Below are positions 49,030-63,330 of a stretch of 64,000 nt of DNA, one piece after another; the first letter of the stretch is position 1, and each line of letters opens with the position of its first letter. Location: assembly GCF_964355755.1 (NCBI RefSeq), contig NC_092678.1, positions 10,414,352 through 10,478,351 on the forward strand, in the 5' to 3' direction. The position numbers were made by a program, and so were the translations under genes. The notes below the pieces were generated by a model. It ran no database searches, had not been told where the DNA came from, and saw only the letters and a list, made by a program, of their open reading frames with translations. The DNA comes from Antedon mediterranea (lineage: Eukaryota > Animalia > Echinodermata).

Positions 49030-52000
49030 TCGAAATGAACAAAATGGTCTAAAACGTCTCCAAATGCGATTTGAAGCTTTTCCAAGCACTTTGCTGTTTT
49101 TATATTAAGTTTTTTCGAAAATCACAAAATGGTCTAAAACGTCTCTAAATGCGATTTGAAGGTATTCTGAGCAATTTGGTGTTTTTGTGTGAAAAGTTTT
49201 AACGAAATGCTCAAAATTGTCTAAAACGGTTTCTAATGTGATTTTAAGCACTTTGATGTTTTTGTAAAACCAAGTTTCATCGAAATGCACAAAATGGTCT
49301 AAAACGTCTCCAAATGCGATTTGAAGCTATTCTGTACACTTTGATGTTTTGTGTGAAAAAAGTTTTGTCGAAATGCTCAAAATGGTCTAAAACGTTTTTA
49401 AAACGATATTAAGCTATTTTGTGCTCTTTGATGTTTTTGTGTAACCAAGTTTTATCGAAATGAACAAAATGGTCTAAAACGTCTCCAAATGCGATTTGAA
49501 GCTTTTCCAAGCACTTTGCTGTTTTTATGTTAACAGGTTTTTTCGAAAATCACAAAATGGTCTAAAACGTCTCAAAATGCGATTTGAAGGTATTCTGAGC
49601 ACTTTGGTGTTTTTGTGTGAAAAGTTTTAACGAAATGCTCAAAATTGTCTAAAACGGTTTCTAATGTGATTTTAAGCACTTTGATGTTTTTGTAAAACCA
49701 AGTTTCATCGAAATGCACAAAATGGTCTAAAATGTCTCCAAATGCGATTTGAAGCTTTTCCAAGCACTTTGCTGTTTTTATGTTAACAAGCTTTTTCGAA
49801 AATCACAAAATGGTCTAAAACGTCTCCAAATGTGATTTGAAGATATTCTGAGCACTTTGGTGTTTTTATGTTAAAAAGTTTTTTCGAAAATCACAAAATG
49901 GTCTAAAACGTCTCCAAATGCGATTTGAAGATATTCTGAGCACTTTGGTGTTTTTATGTTAAAAAGTTTTTTCGAAAATCACAAAATGGTCTAAAACGTC
50001 TCCAAATGCGATTTGAAGCTATTCTGTACACTTTGATGTTTTGTGTGAAAAAGTTTTGTCGAAATGCTCAAAATGGTTTAAAACGTTTTTAAAACGATAT
50101 TAAGCTATTTTGTGCTCTTTGATGTTTTTGTATAACCAAGTTTCATCGAAATGCACAAAATGGTCTAAAACGTCTCCAAATACGATTTGAAGCTTTTCCA
50201 AGCACTTTGCTGTTTTTATGTTAACAAGTTTTTTCGAAAATCACAAAATTGTCTAAAACGTCTCAAAATGCGATTTGAAGGTATTCTGAGCACTTTGGTG
50301 TTTTTGTGTGAAAAGTTTTAACGAAAAGCTCAAAGTGGTCTAAAACGGTTCTAATGTGATTTTAAGCACTTTGATGTTTTTGTACAACCAAGTTTCATCG
50401 AAATGCTCAAAATGGTCTAAAACGTTTTTAAAACGATATTAAGCTATTTTGTGCTCTTTGATGTTTTTGTGTAACCAAGTTTTTTTCGAAAATCACAAAA
50501 TGGTCTAAAACGTCTCCAAATGCGATTTGAAGCTTTTCTAAGCACTTTGGTGTTTTTATGTTAACAAGTTTTTTCGAAAATCGCAAAATGGTCTAAAACG
50601 TCTCAAAATGCGATTTGAAGGTATTCTGAGCACTTTGGTGTTTTTGTGTGAAAAGTTTTAACGAAATGCTCAAAATGGTCTAAAACGGTTTCTGATGTGA
50701 TTTTAACCACTTTGATGTTTTTGTGTAACCAAGTTCTTTTCGAAAATCACAAAATGGTCTAAAACGTCTCCAAATGCGATTTGAAGCTTTTCTAAGCACT
50801 TTGGTGTTTTTATGTTAACAAGTTTTTTCGAAAATCACAAAATGGTCTAAAACGTCTCAAAATGCGATTTGAAGGTATTCTGAGCACTTTGGTGTTTTTG
50901 TGTGAAAAGTTTTAACGAAATGCTCAAAATGGTCTAAAACGGTTTCTAATGTGATTTTAACCACTTTGATGTTTTTGTGTAACCAAGTTTTTTCGAAAAT
51001 CACAAAATGGTCTAAAACGTCTCCAAATGCGATTTGAAGCTTTTCTAAGCACTTTGGTGTTTTTATGTTAACAAGTTTTTTCGAAAATCACAAAATGGTC
51101 TAAAACGTCTCCAAATGCGATTTGAAGCTATTCTGTACACTTTGATGTTTTGTGTGAAAAAAGTTTTGTCGAAATGCTCAAAATGGTCTAAAACGTTTTT
51201 AAAACGATATTAAGCTATTTTGTGCTCTTTGATGTTTTTGTGTAACCAAGTTTTATCGAAATGAACAAAATGTTCTAAAACGTCTCCAAATGCGATTTGA
51301 AGCTTTTCCAAGCACTTTGCTGTTTTTATGTTAAGTTTTTTCGAAAATCACAAAATGGTCTAAAACGTCTCTAAATGCGAGTTGAAGGTATTCTGAGCAC
51401 TTTGGTGTTTTTGTGTGAAAAGTTTTAACGAAATGCTCAAAATTGTCTAAAACGGTTTCTAATGTGATTTTAAGCACTTTGATGTTTTTGTAAAACCAAG
51501 TTTCATCGAAATGCACAAAATGGTCTAAAACGTCTCCAAATGCGATTTGAAGCTTTTCCAAGCACTTTGCTGTTTTTATGTTAACAAGCTTTTTCGAAAA
51601 TCACAAAATGGTCTAAAACGTCTCCAAATGCGATTTGAAGATATTCTGAGCACTTTGGTGTTTTTATGTTAAAAAGTTTTTTCGAAAATCACAAAATGGT
51701 CTAAAACGTCTCCAAATGCGATTTGAAGCTCTTCTGTACACTTTGATGTTTTGTGTGAATAAGTTTTGTCAAAATGCTCAAAATGGTCTAAAACGTTTTT
51801 AAAACGATATTAAGCTATTTTGTGCTCTTTGATGTTTTTGTATAACCAAGTTTTTTCGAAAATCACAAAATTGTCTAAAACGTCTCCAAATGCGATTTGA
51901 AGATATTCTGAGCACTTTGGTGTTTTTATGTTAAAAAGTTTTTTCGAAAATCACAAAATGGTCTAAAACGTCTCCAAATGCGATTTGAAGATATTCTGAG

Positions 52001-54000
52001 CACTTTGGTGTTTTGTGTGAAAAGTTTTGTCGAAATGCTCAAAATGGTCTAAAACGTTTTTAAAACGATATTAAGCTATTTTGTGCTCTTTGATGTTTTT
52101 GTGTAACCAAGTTTCATCGAAATGAACAAAATGGTCTAAAACGTCTCCAAATGCGATTTGAAGCTTTTCTAAGCACTTTGGTGTTTTTATGTTAACAAGT
52201 TTTTTCGAAAATCACAAAATGGTCTAAAACGTCTCCAAATGCGATTTGAAGATATTCTGAGCACTTTGCTGTTTTTATGTTAACAAGTTTTTTCGAAAAT
52301 CACAAAATGGTCTAAAACGTCTCAAAATGCTATTTGAAGGTATTCTGAGCACTTTGGTGTTTTTGTGTGAAAAGTTTTAACGAAATGCTCAAAATGGTCT
52401 AAAACGGTTCTAATGTGATTTTAAGCACTTTGATGTTTTTGTATAACCAAGTTTCATCGAAATGCTCAAAATGGTCTAAAACGTTTTTAAAACGATATTA
52501 AGCTATTTTGTGCTCTTTGATGTTTTTGTGTAACGAAGTTTCATCGAAATGAACAAAATGGTCTAAAACGTCTCCAAATGCGATTTGAAGCTTTTCCAAG
52601 CACTTTGCTGTTTTTATGTTAACAAGTTTTTTCGAAAATCACAAAATGGCCTAAAACGTCTCAAAATGCGATTTCAAGGTATTCTGAGCACTTTGGTGTT
52701 TTTGTGTGAAAGGTTTTAACGAAATGCTCAAAATGGTCTAAAACGGTTTCTAATGTGATTTTAAGCACTTTGATGTTTTTGTATAACCAAGTTTCATCGA
52801 AATGCACAAAATGGTCTAAAACGTCTCCAAATGCGATTTGAAGCTTTTCTAAGCACTTTGCTGTTTTTATGTTAAAAAGTTTTTTCGAAAATCACAAAAT
52901 GGTCTAAAACGTCTCCAAATGCGATTTGAAGATATTCTGAGCACTTTGGTGTTTTTATGTTAAAAAGTTTTTTCGAAAATCACAAAATGGTCTAAAACGT
53001 CTCCAAATGCGATTTGAAGATATTCTGAGCACTTTGGTGTTTTTATGTTAAAAAGTTTTTTCGAAAATCACAAAATGGTCTAAAACGTCTCCAAATGCGA
53101 TTTGAAGCTATTCTGTACACTTTGATGTTTTGTGTGAAAAAGTTTTGTCGAAATGCTCAAAATGGTCTAAAACGTTTTTAAAACGATATTAAGCTATTTT
53201 GTGCTCTTTGATGTTTTTGTGTAACCAAGTTTTATCGAAATGAACAAAATGGTCTAAAACGTCTCCAAATGCGATTTGAAGCTTTTCTAAGCACTTTGCT
53301 GTTTTTATGTTAACAAGTTTTTTCGAAAATCACAAAATGGTCTAAAACGTCTCCAAATGCGATTTGAAGCTTTTCTAAGCACTTTGGTGTTTTTATGTTA
53401 ACAAGTTTTTTCGAAAATCACAAAATGGTCTAAAACGTCTCCAAATGCGATTTGAAGATATTCTGAGCACTTTGGTGTTTTTATGTTAAAAAGTATTTTC
53501 GAAAATCACAAAATGGTCTAAAACGTCTCCAAATGCGATTTGAAGCTCTTCTGTACACTTTGATGTTTTGTGTGAAAAAGTTTAGTCGAAATGCTCAAAA
53601 TGGTCTAAAACGTTTTTAAAACGATATTAAGCTATTTTGTGCTCTTTGATGTTTTTGTGTAACCAAGTTTCATCGAAAATCACAAAATGGTCTAAAACGT
53701 CTCCAAATGCGATTTGAAGCTTTTCCAAGCACTTTGCTGTTTTTATGTTAACAAGTTTTTTCGAAAATCACAAAATGGTCTAAAACGTCTCAAAATGCGA
53801 TTTGAAGGTATTCTGAGCACTTTGGTGTTTTTGTGTGAAAAGTTTTAACGAAATGCTCAAAATTGTCTAAAACGGTTTCTAATGTGATTTTAAGCACTTT
53901 GATGTTTTTGTAAAACCAAGTTTCATCGAAATGAACAAAATGGTCTAAAATGTCTCCAAATGCGATTTGAAGCTTTTCCAAGCACTTTGCTGTTTTTATG
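49030..54000 (+). repeat. Segmental copy of satellite block ~2800-7780 (offset 46228)
   Basis: Pseudo-ORF pairs 2877/49105, 3344/49572, 5103/51331 and 7562/53790 all differ by 46228. Shared rare variants include GTGAATAAG and GCGAGTTGAAGG. Boundaries are approximate. Confidence 0.85.
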
Positions 54001-57000
54001 TTAACAAGCTTTTTCGAAAATCACAAAATGGTCTAAAACGTCTCCAAATGCGATTTGAAGATATTCTGAGCACTTTGGTGTTTTTATGTTAAAAAGTTTT
54101 TTCGAAAATCACAAAATGGTCTAAAACGTCTCCAAATGCGATTTGAAGATATTCTAAGCACTTTGGTGTTTTTATGTTAACAAGTTTTTTCGAAAATCAC
54201 AAAATGGTCTAAAACGTCTCCAAATGCGATTTGAAGATATTCTGAGCACTTTGGTGTTTTTCTGTTAAAAAGTATTTTCGAAAATCACAAAATGGTCTAA
54301 AACGTCTCCAAATGCAATTTGAAGCTATTCTGTACACTTTGATGTTTTGTGTGAAAAAGTTTTGTCAAAAGGCTCAAAATGGTCTAAAACGTTTTTAAAA
54401 CGATATTAAGCTATTTTGTGCTCTTTGATGTTTTTGTATAACCAAGTTTTTTCGAAAATCACAAAATGGTCTAAAACGTCTCCAAATGCGATTTGAAGCT
54501 TTTCTAAACACTTTGGTGTTTTTATGTTAACAAGTTTTTTCGAAAATCACAAAATGGTCTAAAACGTCTCCAAATCCGATTTGAAGCTATTCTGTACACT
54601 TTGATGTTTTGTGTGAAAAAGTTTTGTCGAAATGCTCAAAATGGTCTAAAACGTTTTTAAAACGATATTAAGCTATTTTGTGCTCTTTGATGTTTTTGTG
54701 TAACCAAGTTTCATCGATATGAACAAAATGGTCTAAAACGTCTCAAAATGCGATTTGAAGGTATTCTGAGCACTTTGGTGTTTTTGGGTGAAAAGTTTTA
54801 ACGAAATGCTCAAAATGGTCTAAAACGGTTTCTAATGTGATTTTAAGCACTTTGAAGTATTTGTAAAAACAAGTTTCATCGAAATGCACAAAATAGTCTA
54901 AAACGTCTCCAAATGCGATTTGAAGCTTTTCTAAGCACTTTGGTGTTTTTATGTTAAAAAGTTTTTTCGAAAATAACAAAATGGTCTAAAACGTCTCCAA
55001 ATGCGATTTGAAGATATTCTGAGCACTTTGGTGTTTTTATGTTAAAAAGTATTTTCGAAAATCACAAAATGGTCTAAAACGTCTCCAAATGCGATTTGAA
55101 GCTCTTCTGTACACTTTGATGTTTTGTGTGAAAAAGTTTAGTCGAAATGCTCAAAATGGTCTAAAACGTTTTTAAAACGATATTAAGCTATTTTGTGCTC
55201 TTTGATGTTTTTGTGTAACCAAGTTTCATCGAAAATCACAAAATGGTCTAAAACGTCTCCAAATGCGATTTGAAGATATTCTGAGCACTTTGGTGTTTTT
55301 ATGTTAACAAGTTTTTTCGAAAATCACAAAATGGTCTAAAACGTCTCCAAATGCGATTTGAAGATATTCTGAGCACTTTGGTGTTTTTATGTTAAAAAGT
55401 TTTTTCGAAAATCACAAAATGGTCTAAAACGTCTCCAAATGCGATTTGAAGCTATTCTATACACTTTGATGTTTTGTGTTAAAAAGTTTTGTCGAAATGC
55501 TCAAAATGGTTTAAAACGTTTTTAAAACGATATTAAGCTATTTTGTGCTCTTTGATGTTTTTGTGTAACCAAGTTTCATCGAAATGAACAAAATGGTCTA
55601 AAACGTCTCCAAATGCGATTTGAAGCTTTTCCAAGCACTTTGCTGTTTTTATGTTAACAAGTTTTTTCGAAAATCACAAAATTGTCTAAAACGTCTCAAA
55701 ATGCGATTTGAAGGTATTCTGAGCACTTTGGTGTTTTTGTGTGAAAAGTTTTAACGAAAAGCTCAAAATGGTCTAAAACGGTTCTAATGTGATTTTAAGC
55801 ACTTTGATGTTTTTGTACAACCAAGTTTCATCGAAATGCTCAAAATGGTCTAAAACGTTTTTAAAACGATATTAAGCTATTTTGTGCTCTTTGATGTTTT
55901 TGTGTAACCAAGTTTTTTCGAAAATCACAAAATGGTCTAAAACGTCTCCAAATGCGATTTGAAGCTTTTCTAAGCACTTTGGTGTTTTTATGTTAACAAG
56001 TTTTTTCGAAAATCACAAAATGGTCTAAAACGTCTCCAAATGCGATTTGAAGATATTCTGAGCACTTTGGTGTTTTTCTGTTAAAAAGTATTTTCGAAAA
56101 TCACAAAATGGTCTAAAACGTCTCCAAATGCAATTTGAAGCTATTCTGTACACTTTGATGTTTTGTGTGAAAAAGTTTTGTCAAAATGCTCAAAATGGTC
56201 TAAAACGTTTTTAAAACGATATTAAGCTATTTTGTGCTCTTTGATGTTTTTGTATAACCAAGTTTTTTCGAAAATCACAAAATGGTCTAAAACGTCTCCA
56301 AATGCGATTTGAAGCTTTTCTAAACACTTTGGTGTTTTTATGTTAACAAGTTTTTTCGAAAATCACAAAATGGTCTAAAACGTCTCCAAATCCGATTTGA
56401 AGCTATTCTGTACACTTTGATGTTTTGTGTGAAAAAGTTTTGTCGAAATGCTCAAAATGGTCTAAAACGTTTTTAAAACGATATTAAGCTATTTTGTGCT
56501 CTTTGATGTTTTTGTGTAACCAAGTTTCATCGATATGAACAAAATGGTCTAAAACGTCTCAAAATGCGATTTGAAGGTATTCTGAGCACTTTGGTGTTTT
56601 TGGGTGAAAAGTTTTAACGAAATGCTCAAAATGGTCTAAAACGGTTTCTAATGTGATTTTAAGCACTTTGAAGTATTTGTAAAAACAAGTTTCATCGAAA
56701 TGCACAAAATAGTCTAAAACGTCTCCAAATGCGATTTGAAGCTTTTCTAAGCACTTTGGTGTTTTTATGTTAACAAGTTTTTTCGAAAATCACAAAATGG
56801 TCTAAAACGTCTCCAAATGCGATTTGAAGATATTCTGAGCACTTTGGTGTTTTTATGTTAAAAAGTATTTTCGAAAATCACAAAATGGTCTAAAACGTCT
56901 CCAAATGCGATTTGAAGCTCTTCTGTACACTTTGATGTTTTGTGTGAAAAAGTTTAGTCGAAATGCTCAAAATGGTCTAAAACGTTTTTAAAACGATATT

Positions 57001-57399
57001 AAGCTATTTTGTGCTCTTTGATGTTTTTGTGTAACCAAGTTTCATCGAAAATCACAAAATGGTCTAAAACGTCTCCAAATGCGATTTGAAGCTTTTCCAA
57101 GCACTTTGCTGTTTTTATGTTAACAAGTTTTTTCGAAAATCACAAAATGGTCTAAAACGTCTCAAAATACGATATTAAGCTGTTTTGTGCACTTTGATGA
57201 TTTGTGTGAAAAGTTTTAACGAAATGCTCAAAATGGTCTAAAACGGTTTCTAATGTGATTTTAAGCACTTTGATGTTTTTATGTAGCCAAGTTTTTTCGA
57301 AAATCACAAAATGGTCAAAAACGTCTCCAAATGCGATTTGAAGCTTTTCTAAGCACTTTGGTGTTTTTATGTTAACAAGTTTTTTCGAAAATCACAAAA

Positions 57400-60300
57400 T
57401 GGTCTAAAACGTCTCCAAATGCGATTTGAAGATATTCTGAGCACTTTGGTGTTTTTATGTTAAAAAGTTTTTTCGAAAATCACAAAATGGTCTAAAACGT
57501 CTCCAAATGCGATTTGAAGCTATTCTATACACTTTGATGTTTTGTGTTAAAAAGTTTTGTCGAAATGCTCAAAATGGTTTAAAACGTTTTTAAAACGATA
57601 TTAAGCTATTTTGTGCTCTTTGATGTTTTTGTGTAACCAAGTTTCATCGAAATGAACAAAATGGTCTAAAACGTCTCCAAATGCGATTTGAAGCTTTTCC
57701 AAGCACTTTGCTGTTTTTATGTTAACAAGTTTTTTCGAAAATCACAAAATTGTCTAAAACGTCTCAAAATGCGATTTGAAGGTATTCTGAGCACTTTGGT
57801 GTTTTTGTGTGAAAAGTTTTAACGAAAAGCTCAAAATGGTCTAAAACGGTTCTAATGTGATTTTAAGCACTTTGATGTTTTTGTACAACCAAGTTTCATC
57901 GAAATGCTCAAAATGGTCTAAAACGTTTTTAAAACGATATTAAGCTATTTTGTGCTCTTTGATGTTTTTGTGTAACCAAGTTTTTTCGAAAATCACAAAA
58001 TGGTCTAAAACGTCTCCAAATGCGATTTGAAGCTTTTCTAAGCACTTTGGTGTTTTTATGTTAACAAGTTTTTTCAAAAATCACAAAATGGTCTAAAACG
58101 TCTCCAAATGCGATTTGAAGATATTCTGAGCACTTTGGTGTTTTTCTGTTAAAAAGTATTTTCGAAAATCACAAAATGGTCTAAAACGTCTCCAAATGCA
58201 ATTTGAAGCTATTCTGTACACTTTGATGTTTTGTGTGAAAAAGTTTTGTCAAAATGCTCAAAATGGTCTAAAACGTTTTTAAAACGATATTAAGCTATTT
58301 TGTGCTCTTTGATGTTTTTGTATAACCAAGTTTTTTCGAAAATCACAAAATGGTCTAAAACGTCTCCAAATGCGATTTGAAGCTTTTCTAAACACTTTGG
58401 TGTTTTTATGTTAACAAGTTTTTTCGAAAATCACAAAATGGTCTAAAACGTCTCCAAATCCGATTTGAAGCTATTCTGTACACTTTGATGTTTTGTGTGA
58501 AAAAGTTTTGTCGAAATGCTCAAAATGGTCTAAAACGTTTTTAAAACGATATTAAGCTATTTTGTGCTCTTTGATGTTTTTGTGTAACCAAGTTTCATCG
58601 ATATGAACAAAATGGTCTAAAACGTCTCAAAATGCGATTTGAAGGTATTCTGAGCACTTTGGTGTTTTTGGGTGAAAAGTTTTAACGAAATGCTCAAAAT
58701 GGTCTAAAACGGTTTCTAATGTGATTTTAAGCACTTTGAAGTATTTGTAAAAACAAGTTTCATCGAAATGCACAAAATAGTCTAAAACGTCTCCAAATGC
58801 GATTTGAAGCTTTTCTAAGCACTTTGGTGTTTTTATGTTAACAAGTTTTTTCGAAAATCACAAAATGGTCTAAAACGTCTCCAAATGCGATTTGAAGATA
58901 TTCTGAGCACTTTGGTGTTTTTATGTTAAAAAGTATTTTCGAAAATCACAAAATGGTCTAAAACGTCTCCAAATGCGATTTGAAGCTCTTCTGTACACTT
59001 TGATGTTTTGTGTGAAAAAGTTTAGTCGAAATGCTCAAAATGGTCTAAAACGTTTTTAAAACGATATTAAGCTATTTTGTGCTCTTTGATGTTTTTGTGT
59101 AACCAAGTTTCATCGAAAATCACAAAATGGTCTAAAACGTCTCCAAATGCGATTTGAAGCTTTTCCAAGCACTTTGCTGTTTTTATGTTAACAAGTTTTT
59201 TCGAAAATCACAAAATGGTCTAAAACGTCTCAAAATACGATATTAAGCTGTTTTGTGCACTTTGATGATTTGTGTGAAAAGTTTTAACGAAATGCTCAAA
59301 ATGGTCTAAAACGGTTTCTAATGTGATTTTAAGCACTTTGATGTTTTTATGTAGCCAAGTTTTTTCGAAAATCACAAAATGGTCAAAAACGTCTCCAAAT
59401 GCGATTTGAAGCTTTTCTAAGCACTTTGGTGTTTTTATGTTAACAAGTTTTTTCGAAAATCACAAAATGGTCTAAAACGTCTTCAAATGCGATTTGAAGA
59501 TATTCTGAGCACTTTGGTGTTTTTCTGTTAAAAAGTTTTTTCGAAAATCACAAAATGGTCTATAACGTCTCCAAATGCGATTTGAAGCTATTCTGTACAC
59601 TTTGATGTTTTGTGTGAAAAAGTTTTGTCAAAATGCTCAAAATGGTCTAAAACGTTTTTAAAACGATATTAAGCTATTTTGTGCTCTTTGATGTGTTTGT
59701 ATAACCAAGTTTTTTCGAAAATCACAAAATGGTCTAAAACGTCTCCAAATGCGATTTAAAGCTATTCTAGACACTTTGATGTTTTGTGTGAAAAATTTTC
59801 TCGAAATGCTCAAAATGGTCTAAAACGTTTTCCAATACCATTATTAAGCTATTTTGTGCAATTTGATGTTTTTGTGTAACCAAGTTTTTTGAAATGCGAT
59901 TTGAAGATATTCTGAGGACTTTGGTGTTTTTATGTTAAAAAGTTTTTTCGAAAATCACAAAATGGTCTAAAACGTCTCCAAATGCGATTTGAAGATATTC
60001 TGAGCACTTTGGTGTTTTTATGTTAAAAAGTTTTTTGGAAAATCACAAAATGGTCTAAAACGACTCCAAATGCGATTTGAAGCTATCCTGTACACTTTGA
60101 TGTTTTGTGTGAAAAAGTTTTGTCGAAATGCTCAAAATGATCTAAAACGTTTTTAAAACGATATTAAGCTATTTTGTGCTCTTTGATGTTTTTGTGTATC
60201 CAAGTTTCATCGAAATGAACAAAATGGTCTAAAACGTTTTTAAATACCATATTAAGCTGTTTTGTGCACTTTGATGATTTGTGTGAAAAGTTTTAACGAA

Positions 60301-63300
60301 ATGCTCAAAATAGTCTAAAACGGTTTCTAATGTGATTTTAAGCACTTTGATGTTTTTGTGTAACCAAGTTTTATCGAAATGAACAAAATGGTCTAAAACG
60401 TCTCCAAATGCGATTTGAAGCTTTTCCAAGCACTTTGCTGTTTTTATATTAAGTTTTTTCGAAAATCACAAAATGGTCTAAAACGTCTCTAAATGCGATT
60501 TGAAGGTATTCTGAGCAATTTGGTGTTTTTGTGTGAAAAGTTTTAACGAAATGCTCAAAATTGTCTAAAACGGTTTCTAATGTGATTTTAAGCACTTTGA
60601 TGTTTTTGTAAAACCAAGTTTCATCGAAATGCACAAAATGGTCTAAAACGTCTCCAAATGCGATTTGAAGCTATTCTGTACACTTTGATGTTTTGTGTGA
60701 AAAAAGTTTTGTCGAAATGCTCAAAATGGTCTAAAACGTTTTTAAAACGATATTAAGCTATTTTGTGCTCTTTGATGTTTTTGTGTAACCAAGTTTTATC
60801 GAAATGAACAAAATGGTCTAAAACGTCTCCAAATGCGATTTGAAGCTTTTCCAAGCACTTTGCTGTTTTTATGTTAACAGGTTTTTTCGAAAATCACAAA
60901 ATGGTCTAAAACGTCTCAAAATGCGATTTGAAGGTATTCTGAGCACTTTGGTGTTTTTGTGTGAAAAGTTTTAACGAAATGCTCAAAATTGTCTAAAACG
61001 GTTTCTAATGTGATTTTAAGCACTTTGATGTTTTTGTAAAACCAAGTTTCATCGAAATGCACAAAATGGTCTAAAATGTCTCCAAATGCGATTTGAAGCT
61101 TTTCCAAGCACTTTGCTGTTTTTATGTTAACAAGCTTTTTCGAAAATCACAAAATGGTCTAAAACGTCTCCAAATGTGATTTGAAGATATTCTGAGCACT
61201 TTGGTATTTTTATGTTAAAAAGTTTTTTCGAAAATCACAAAATGGTCTAAAACGTCTCCAAATGCGATTTGAAGATATTCTGAGCACTTTGGTGTTTTTA
61301 TGTTAAAAAGTTTTTTCGAAAATCACAAAATGGTCTAAAACGTCTCCAAATGCGATTTGAAGCTATTCTGTACACTTTGATGTTTTGTGTGAAAAAGTTT
61401 TGTCGAAATGCTCAAAATGGTTTAAAACGTTTTTAAAACGATATTAAGCTATTTTGTGCTCTTTGATGTTTTTGTATAACCAAGTTTCATCGAAATGCAC
61501 AAAATGGTCTAAAACGTCTCCAAATACGATTTGAAGCTTTTCCAAGCACTTTGCTGTTTTTATGTTAACAAGTTTTTTCGAAAATCACAAAATTGTCTAA
61601 AACGTCTCAAAATGCGATTTGAAGGTATTCTGAGCACTTTGGTGTTTTTGTGTGAAAAGTTTTAACGAAAAGCTCAAAATGGTCTAAAACGGTTCTAATG
61701 CGATTTTAAGCACTTTGATGTTTTTGTACAACCAAGTTTCATCGAAATGCTCAAAATGGTCTAAAACGTTTTTAAAACGATATTAAGCTATTTTGTGCTC
61801 TTTGATGTTTTTGTGTAACCAAGTTTTTTTCGAAAATCACAAAATGGTCTAAAACGTCTCCAAATGCGATTTGAAGCTTTTCTAAGCACTTTGGTGTTTT
61901 TATGTTAACAAGTTTTTTCGAAAATCGCAAAATGGTCTAAAACGTCTCAAAATGCGATTTGAAGGTATTCTGAGCACTTTGGTGTTTTTGTGTGAAAAGT
62001 TTTAACGAAATGCTCAAAATGGTCTAAAACGGTTTCTAATGTGATTTTAACCACTTTGATGTTTTTGTGTAACCAAGTTCTTTTCGAAAATCACAAAATG
62101 GTCTAAAACGTCTCCAAATGCGATTTGAAGCTTTTCTAAGCACTTTGGTGTTTTTATGTTAACAAGTTTTTTCGAAAATCACAAAATGGTCTAAAACGTC
62201 TCAAAATGCGATTTGAAGGTATTCTGAGCACTTTGGTGTTTTTGTGTGAAAAGTTTTAACGAAATGCTCAAAATGGTCTAAAACGGTTTCTAATGTGATT
62301 TTAACCACTTTGATGTTTTTGTGTAACCAAGTTTTTTCGAAAATCACAAAATGGTCTAAAACGTCTCCAAATGCGATTTGAAGCTTTTCTAAGCACTTTG
62401 GTGTTTTTATGTTAACAAGTTTTTTCGAAAATCACAAAATGGTCTAAAACGTCTCCAAATGCGATTTGAAGCTATTCTGTACACTTTGATGTTTTGTGTG
62501 AAAAAAGTTTTGTCGAAATGCTCAAAATGGTCTAAAACGTTTTTAAAACGATATTAAGCTATTTTGTGCTCTTTGATGTTTTTGTGTAACCAAGTTTTAT
62601 CGAAATGAACAAAATGTTCTAAAACGTCTCCAAATGCGATTTGAAGCTTTTCCAAGCACTTTGCTGTTTTTATGTTAAGTTTTTTCGAAAATCACAAAAT
62701 GGTCTAAAACGTCTCTAAATGCGATTTGAAGGTATTCTGAGCACTTTGGTGTTTTTGTGTGAAAAGTTTTAACGAAATGCTCAAAATTGTCTAAAACGGT
62801 TTCTAATGTGATTTTAAGCACTTTGATGTTTTTGTAAAACCAAGTTTCATCGAAATGCACAAAATGGTCTAAAACGTCTCCAAATGCGATTTGAAGCTTT
62901 TCCAAGCACTTTGCTGTTTTTATGTTAACAAGCTTTTTCGAAAATCACAAAATGGTCTAAAACGTCTCCAAATGCGATTTGAAGATATTCTGAGCACTTT
63001 GGTGTTTTTATGTTAAAAAGTTTTTTCGAAAATCACAAAATGGTCTAAAACGTCTCCAAATGCGATTTGAAGCTCTTCTGTACACTTTGATGTTTTGTGT
63101 GAAAAAGTTTTGTCAAAATGCTCAAAATGGTCTAAAACGTTTTTAAAACGATATTAAGCTATTTTGTGCTCTTTGATGTTTTTGTATAACCAAGTTTTTT
63201 CGAAAATCACAAAATTGTCTAAAACGTCTCCAAATGCGATTTGAAGATATTCTGAGCACTTTGGTGTTTTTATGTTAAAAAGTTTTTTCGAAAATCACAA

Positions 63301-63330
63301 AATGGTCTAAAACGTCTCCAAATGCGATTT
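57400..63330 (+). repeat. Segmental copy of satellite block ~9270-15200 (offset 48133-48135)
   Basis: Pseudo-ORF pairs are 12094/60229, 12781/60916 and 14540/62675. Shared rare variants are ACCATTATTAAG, GGTCTATAACGTCTCC and TTCAAAAATC. The 2-bp offset change is explained by the ACTTATGTTT deletion at about 11961. Boundaries are approximate. Confidence 0.85.

Noticed and set aside
2591-62905. 32 short minus-strand ORFs (60-88 aa, MEKLQIAFGDVLDHF... and similar)
   Set aside because: All are translations of 2-3 satellite monomers, many starting at non-ATG codons. Frames shift with 87/88/78-bp lengths and homopolymer indels, and there is no recognisable domain. They were used only as markers of duplication offsets.
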